From contig BPGA01000001.1 in assembly GCA_026002795.1 (NCBI GenBank), positions 503,453 through 535,452 on the forward strand: DNA of 32,000 nt. Direction: 5' to 3'. The notes beneath the pieces are model-generated. The model saw only the letters and a program-made list of their open reading frames with translations. It searched no databases and had not been told where the DNA came from. This document shows positions 27,993 to 32,000 of the stretch, piece by piece; the stretch's first letter is position 1; every line of letters begins with the position of its first letter. This DNA is from Candidatus Saccharimonadota bacterium. Lineage in GTDB: Archaea; Nanobdellota; Nanobdellia; Pacearchaeales; GW2011-AR1. Position numbers and translations under genes: made by a program.

Positions 27993-28430
27993 TTATAAGG
28001 AATCATTTGTATAGTTTATTTTTTCTTCTTTGTATTGTTGTTCGTTTAAGTCATTTGAAAAAGCGACATAACATTTTTCTATGTATTCATTTACTTCATT
28101 ATCGTTAAACCAACCAATTCCAAGAGCATGAGCTTGTTCATGCATAATGATTGAACTGTCTTTTACCGCTTCTTCTGATAAAAAAATAAATCCACCAGCA
28201 ACGTATAAACCATCGCATTTTTTTTCTAAAAAACAAGGTATTCCTTTTAATTTAACTAAAAAATATTTTGGTGTTTTTGCTTCATAACCAGTACACTCTT
28301 TCATTTTTTTCCATAATTCATCATACCATTCTGGAGGATCAAGAGGCTTAATTAAGTAAGAAGTTAGTCCACCAACTGTTAAAAAAGTTCCTATAGAAAT
28401 ATTTTTTAAAATTCTAACTAAATTAGCCAT
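27993..28430 (-). CDS. Putative membrane-anchored zinc metallopeptidase-like protein (HExxH)
   Basis: N-terminal hydrophobic helix and an IIMHEQAHALG motif. No further family assignment. Confidence 0.45.
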   Translation of the reverse strand: MANLVRILKNISIGTFLTVGGLTSYLIKPLDPPEWYDELWKKMKECTGYEAKTPKYFLVKLKGIPCFLEKKCDGLYVAGGFIFLSEEAVKDSSIIMHEQAHALGIGWFNDNEVNEYIEKCYVAFSNDLNEQQYKEEKINYTNDSL

Positions 28431-28490
28431 ATTTAACTTTTAAATTTTATATTAAATTAAAAAATATTAATTAAAACTAATTTTTTATGT

Positions 28491-28799
28491 CTATTCTTTC
28501 ATCTCTATTTTTATATTGACGTTCTTGGGAATTTGCATCCTCATAATTTGATGTAAAACTTTTTCATTTGCAGGTAAATCAATAAGTCTTTTGTGTATTC
28601 TTAATTCAAAATTATCAAATGTTGCAGTTCCGTTTCCACAAGGACTTTTTCTTGTTGTAATTTTAAGTCTTTTTGTAGGTAAGGGTATTGGTCCAGAAAT
28701 GTTTATTCCTGATTTTTTTGCAATTTCTTTAATATTCTCACAAATACGATTAATCATTTCTATATCTGTGCTGTTTAACTTAATTCTAACTTTTGCCAT
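28491..28799 (-). CDS. rps10: 30S ribosomal protein S10 (uS10)
   Basis: KVRIKL...GPIPLPTKRLKITTRKSPCG.G..T.D.FELRIHKRLIDL. Confidence 0.93.
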   Translation of the reverse strand: MAKVRIKLNSTDIEMINRICENIKEIAKKSGINISGPIPLPTKRLKITTRKSPCGNGTATFDNFELRIHKRLIDLPANEKVLHQIMRMQIPKNVNIKIEMKE

Positions 28800-28941
28800 T
28801 TTTTTATTTTATTTATTTTTAGTTTATATAAATTACTATATTAAAACTAAATCTTAGGTATAAAAATTTAACCATAATTCTAGCTTAAAATAAGTTTCTG
28901 GAATTTTGAATAAAAATTAATTTTTCATTCACTTTATTGCA

Positions 28942-29424
28942 TTATCTTCTTTTGTATGTTATGAAAGAATAATCGTTGTGTCTCTCTATTTTGATAATCT
29001 CCCAAAGTCTTTCATCTATTTCAGGAAAAAAAACATCTCCAAAAAAATCTTTATAGATTCTTGTGATTTCAAGTTTGTTTGCTAAGTCCATAGATTGTTT
29101 ATAAATTTCTCCGCCTCCAGCAATATAAACAACATTACTTATAGATTTAGCTTTCCTAACTGCCTCATATAATGAGTTAACTATTATCGGATTTCCTGAA
29201 AAATCTCTCTCTAAGGTTCTCGAAACAACAATATTTATTCTTCCTTCTAAAGGCCTATTTTTTTCAGGTATTGATTCATAAGTTTTTCTACCCATTATTA
29301 CAGGATAACCAAGTGTTAGCTGTCTAAATCTTTTCAAGTCTTCTTTAATGTTCCAAGGAATTTTTCCCTCATGTCCTATAACATTATTATTTGCAACAGC
29401 TGCAATAATTATAACTTCCTTCAT
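28942..29424 (-). CDS. folA: Dihydrofolate reductase
   Basis: IIAAVANNNVIGHEGKIPW, VIMGRKTYESIP and YIAGGGEIY. Confidence 0.92.
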   Translation of the reverse strand: MKEVIIIAAVANNNVIGHEGKIPWNIKEDLKRFRQLTLGYPVIMGRKTYESIPEKNRPLEGRINIVVSRTLERDFSGNPIIVNSLYEAVRKAKSISNVVYIAGGGEIYKQSMDLANKLEITRIYKDFFGDVFFPEIDERLWEIIKIERHNDYSFITYKRR

Positions 29425-29499
29425 TAAAAAACAAATTAAAAGAGATTGAAAAAACTTTTTATAGCTACCCTACTTTAATTTTAAAAAAATTAAAAGAGG

Positions 29500-31206
29500 A
29501 TGGCACAAACATTCATAGAGATAAGTTTTATCTTAGGAATTGTCTTTATTTTTTCTTTTTTGATGAGAATCTTAAGACAACCTTTAATTGTTGGTTATAT
29601 TTTATCAGGAGTAGTTTTAGGACCTTATTTTTTGGATCTTTTGCCTAAAACAGAAATACTTAGTGTATTTTCTGAACTAGGAATTGCTTTTTTACTTTTT
29701 GCTGTGGGTCTTCATTTATCTCCTAAAGTTATAAAAGAAGTTGGTAGAATTTCTTTGATTACTGGTTTAGGTCAAATATTTTTTACAGCACTATTTGGTT
29801 ATCTTTTAGCTAAAATTTTGGGCTTTTCAAACATTACTTCTTTATACATAGCCATTGCTTTGACTTTTTCTTCTACAATTATAATAATGAAAATTCTAGC
29901 TGATAAAAATGATTTAGAGAGTTTATATGGCAGAATTTCTATAGGTTTTTTACTTGTTCAAGATCTTATTGCTATACTAACAATCATTGTTATATCTTCT
30001 TTTTCAAATTCATCTGGTTTTTTTGGTCCTATAATTTTAACACTTGTTAAAGGATCTTTACTTGTTTTAATTTTAATTCCAATTAGCTTATTTATACTTC
30101 CAAAATTACAAGGTTTTTTTGCTCGCTCTCAAGAGTTTCTTTTTGTTTTTGCTTTGTCTTGGGGGCTTGTAATTTCTTCTTTATTTCTTTACCTAGGCCT
30201 TTCAATAGAAGTTGGTGCTTTAATAGCTGGTGTTCTTCTTTCTATTTCTCCTTATAACCTAGAAGTAAGCTCAAGATTAAAACCTCTTAGAGATTTCTTT
30301 TTGATATCTTTTTTCTTGGTTTTAGGAGCCCAGATGGCAGTGACAAATGTTTCTCACCTAATTTTTCCAGCAATTATTTTTTCTTTATTGATTTTAATAG
30401 GTAATCCTTTAATTGTTATTTCGTTAATGGGTTTTGAAGGGTTTACAAAAAAAACAAGTTTTCTTTCAGGTCTTACAGTTGCTCAAATAGGTGAATTTTC
30501 ATTAATCACAATAGCTTTAGGTGTTAAACTTGGACATATTTCTAATGAAATTCTCTCGCTAATAACTCTAATAAGTTTAATAACAATAGGAATTTGTACT
30601 TACATGATGTTATATTCAAACAGTATTTACAAGGTACTTTCTTCAAAATTATATCTTTTTGAAAGAAAAAATTTGAGAGAAAAAAGGAAACTAACACAAA
30701 AAATCGATGCTATCCTTTTTGGTTATAATAGAATTGGTTTTGATGTTTTAACTTCTCTTAAAAAGATAAAAAAACGCTATCTAGTTGTTGATTTTAATCC
30801 AGATGTTATTTATAATCTAAAAAAACTTAGAGTTCCTTCTTTATATGGAGATGCAGATGATGAGAATTTACTTGATGAACTGCCTCTTCAAGAAGTCAAG
30901 CTGATAATTTCTACAATTCCTGACTTTGAGACAAATGAACTTATTTTAACTAAAGTTAAAAAAATTAATCAAAAATCAATTGTAATTTTAAGAGCACACA
31001 CAATAGATGAAGCAATGAAACTTTATGATAAAGGAGCTGATTATGTTGTTACTCCACACTTTTTAGGGGGTGAGTATTTAGGAAAAATGATTTATGAAAA
31101 CAAAACCAATTCTGAAGAATACTCTAAAGAAAGAAAAAAACATATAGAAAACTTAAAAGAAAGATTATTTTTAGGACATAAGCATCCAGAAGTAGAAAAA
31201 AACTAA
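29500..31206 (+). CDS. Monovalent cation:proton antiporter (CPA2, Kef-like) with C-terminal RCK/TrkA-N domain
   Basis: LRQPLIVGYILSGVVLGP and about 12 TM helices. The C-terminal Rossmann-like region (ILFGYNRIGFDV...YGDADD) follows. Confidence 0.85.
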   Translation: MAQTFIEISFILGIVFIFSFLMRILRQPLIVGYILSGVVLGPYFLDLLPKTEILSVFSELGIAFLLFAVGLHLSPKVIKEVGRISLITGLGQIFFTALFGYLLAKILGFSNITSLYIAIALTFSSTIIIMKILADKNDLESLYGRISIGFLLVQDLIAILTIIVISSFSNSSGFFGPIILTLVKGSLLVLILIPISLFILPKLQGFFARSQEFLFVFALSWGLVISSLFLYLGLSIEVGALIAGVLLSISPYNLEVSSRLKPLRDFFLISFFLVLGAQMAVTNVSHLIFPAIIFSLLILIGNPLIVISLMGFEGFTKKTSFLSGLTVAQIGEFSLITIALGVKLGHISNEILSLITLISLITIGICTYMMLYSNSIYKVLSSKLYLFERKNLREKRKLTQKIDAILFGYNRIGFDVLTSLKKIKKRYLVVDFNPDVIYNLKKLRVPSLYGDADDENLLDELPLQEVKLIISTIPDFETNELILTKVKKINQKSIVILRAHTIDEAMKLYDKGADYVVTPHFLGGEYLGKMIYENKTNSEEYSKERKKHIENLKERLFLGHKHPEVEKN

Positions 31207-31233
31207 AATTTAATTTTTCTTTAATTTTCTTTT

Positions 31234-31881
31234 TTATTTTTCTTTAATTCCAATAATATCAAAAACAAGATCAAAAAATCTTAGTATAACTTCAATTACA
31301 ATAATAAATAAGAGATAACTTAAGATTGTTGTATAAAAATTTGCGATTTCTTTAAACTGAACAAAGATTCTTTCAAAACTAATTATCGCTGGATTAGATA
31401 TTGCTATGACGAGAAGTGTTAAAGGTAATAATTTAGCAACTTCTTTAGCAACACTTTCTCCATATTTTGGAATGTAAGCCATTATTCTTATCGCTGTGAT
31501 TATTGCTATAGAAATTGTTAAGAGTGTTTTTAACGTTAAATTTTCAATCATAAAAATCAGGAAAATGCTAAAAACTAAAAACCATAAAAAAACTAAAAAA
31601 GGTAAGATAATTATGTACTCTAAAAAATACAAAAATATTGAAAAAATTTTATAAGCTGTTTGGTGTTTGTACTTGTTGTATTGAGATAAATTTAATTCTA
31701 ACAAATTTTTTGTTCCTAAAAATCTATAAAATTTCCATACAAAGACAGAATAAATAACTATAACTAAAGCTATTCCGAAAATAAGTAAATAATCTTTAAA
31801 AAGAGGTGGAACAGAAGAAATTACTACATCATAAAATTTTTCTATGTTATAAAATATATTATAAAAAATGTCAAAGATCAT
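31234..31881 (-). CDS. Integral membrane protein (hypothetical)
   Basis: A 215-aa hydrophobic ORF with multiple TM helices. Confidence 0.5.
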   Translation of the reverse strand: MIFDIFYNIFYNIEKFYDVVISSVPPLFKDYLLIFGIALVIVIYSVFVWKFYRFLGTKNLLELNLSQYNKYKHQTAYKIFSIFLYFLEYIIILPFLVFLWFLVFSIFLIFMIENLTLKTLLTISIAIITAIRIMAYIPKYGESVAKEVAKLLPLTLLVIAISNPAIISFERIFVQFKEIANFYTTILSYLLFIIVIEVILRFFDLVFDIIGIKEK

Positions 31882-32000
31882 TAAAAAATAAAAGAATTGT
31901 TGCTTTTAAATTTTAGTTTTTTAATGAAAAAAGATAAAATAAACCGATTCATTTATGTTGCTCAATTGCTAAAATATTTTTAGGAAAAGTTTGTAAGTTT

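Overview
This is an AT-rich chromosomal segment from an archaeon, and gene content suggests a small-genome DPANN-type lineage. That assignment is inference. It rests on archaeal/eukaryal-only ribosomal proteins L10e and L35Ae, Dph2, an archaeal-type GluRS, a class III signal-peptide pilin, BRE/TATA promoters centred about 26 nt upstream of start codons (leaderless spacing), and tRNA genes without encoded CCA. Recognisable housekeeping genes are gyrB, gyrA, serS, gltX, ksgA/rsmA, dph2, rpl10e, rpl35ae, rps10, thyA, folA and a CPA2 (Kef-like) antiporter with an RCK domain. There are four tRNA genes: Asp-GUC, Gly-GCC, Val-UAC and Ser-GGA. The most unusual content is a multi-copy family of helical tandem-repeat proteins with 34-aa and 41-aa HEAT/PBS-lyase-like units. 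Each copy is framed by the same ~125-bp upstream cassette (BRE/TATA plus a CA-rich tract) and the same C-terminal tail (NRSKRLLKELESYL). The family comprises two intact tandem genes, one copy frameshifted at a homopolymer, and a fourth locus where the cassette and the tail flank unrelated coding sequence, including a kinase-like fragment. Secondary observations:
- a zinc-ribbon gene wedged between gyrB and gyrA
- a GluRS lacking its anticodon-binding domain
- an unannotated 26-codon six-cysteine ORF just upstream of dph2
- two paralogous nucleotidyltransferase-HEPN fusion proteins
- an uncharacterised plus-strand gene cluster at 10.3-14.4 kb containing an insertion-bearing xylose-isomerase-like TIM barrel
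- a probable frameshifted gene between tRNA genes
All functional calls come from motif recognition by eye; no database searches were run.
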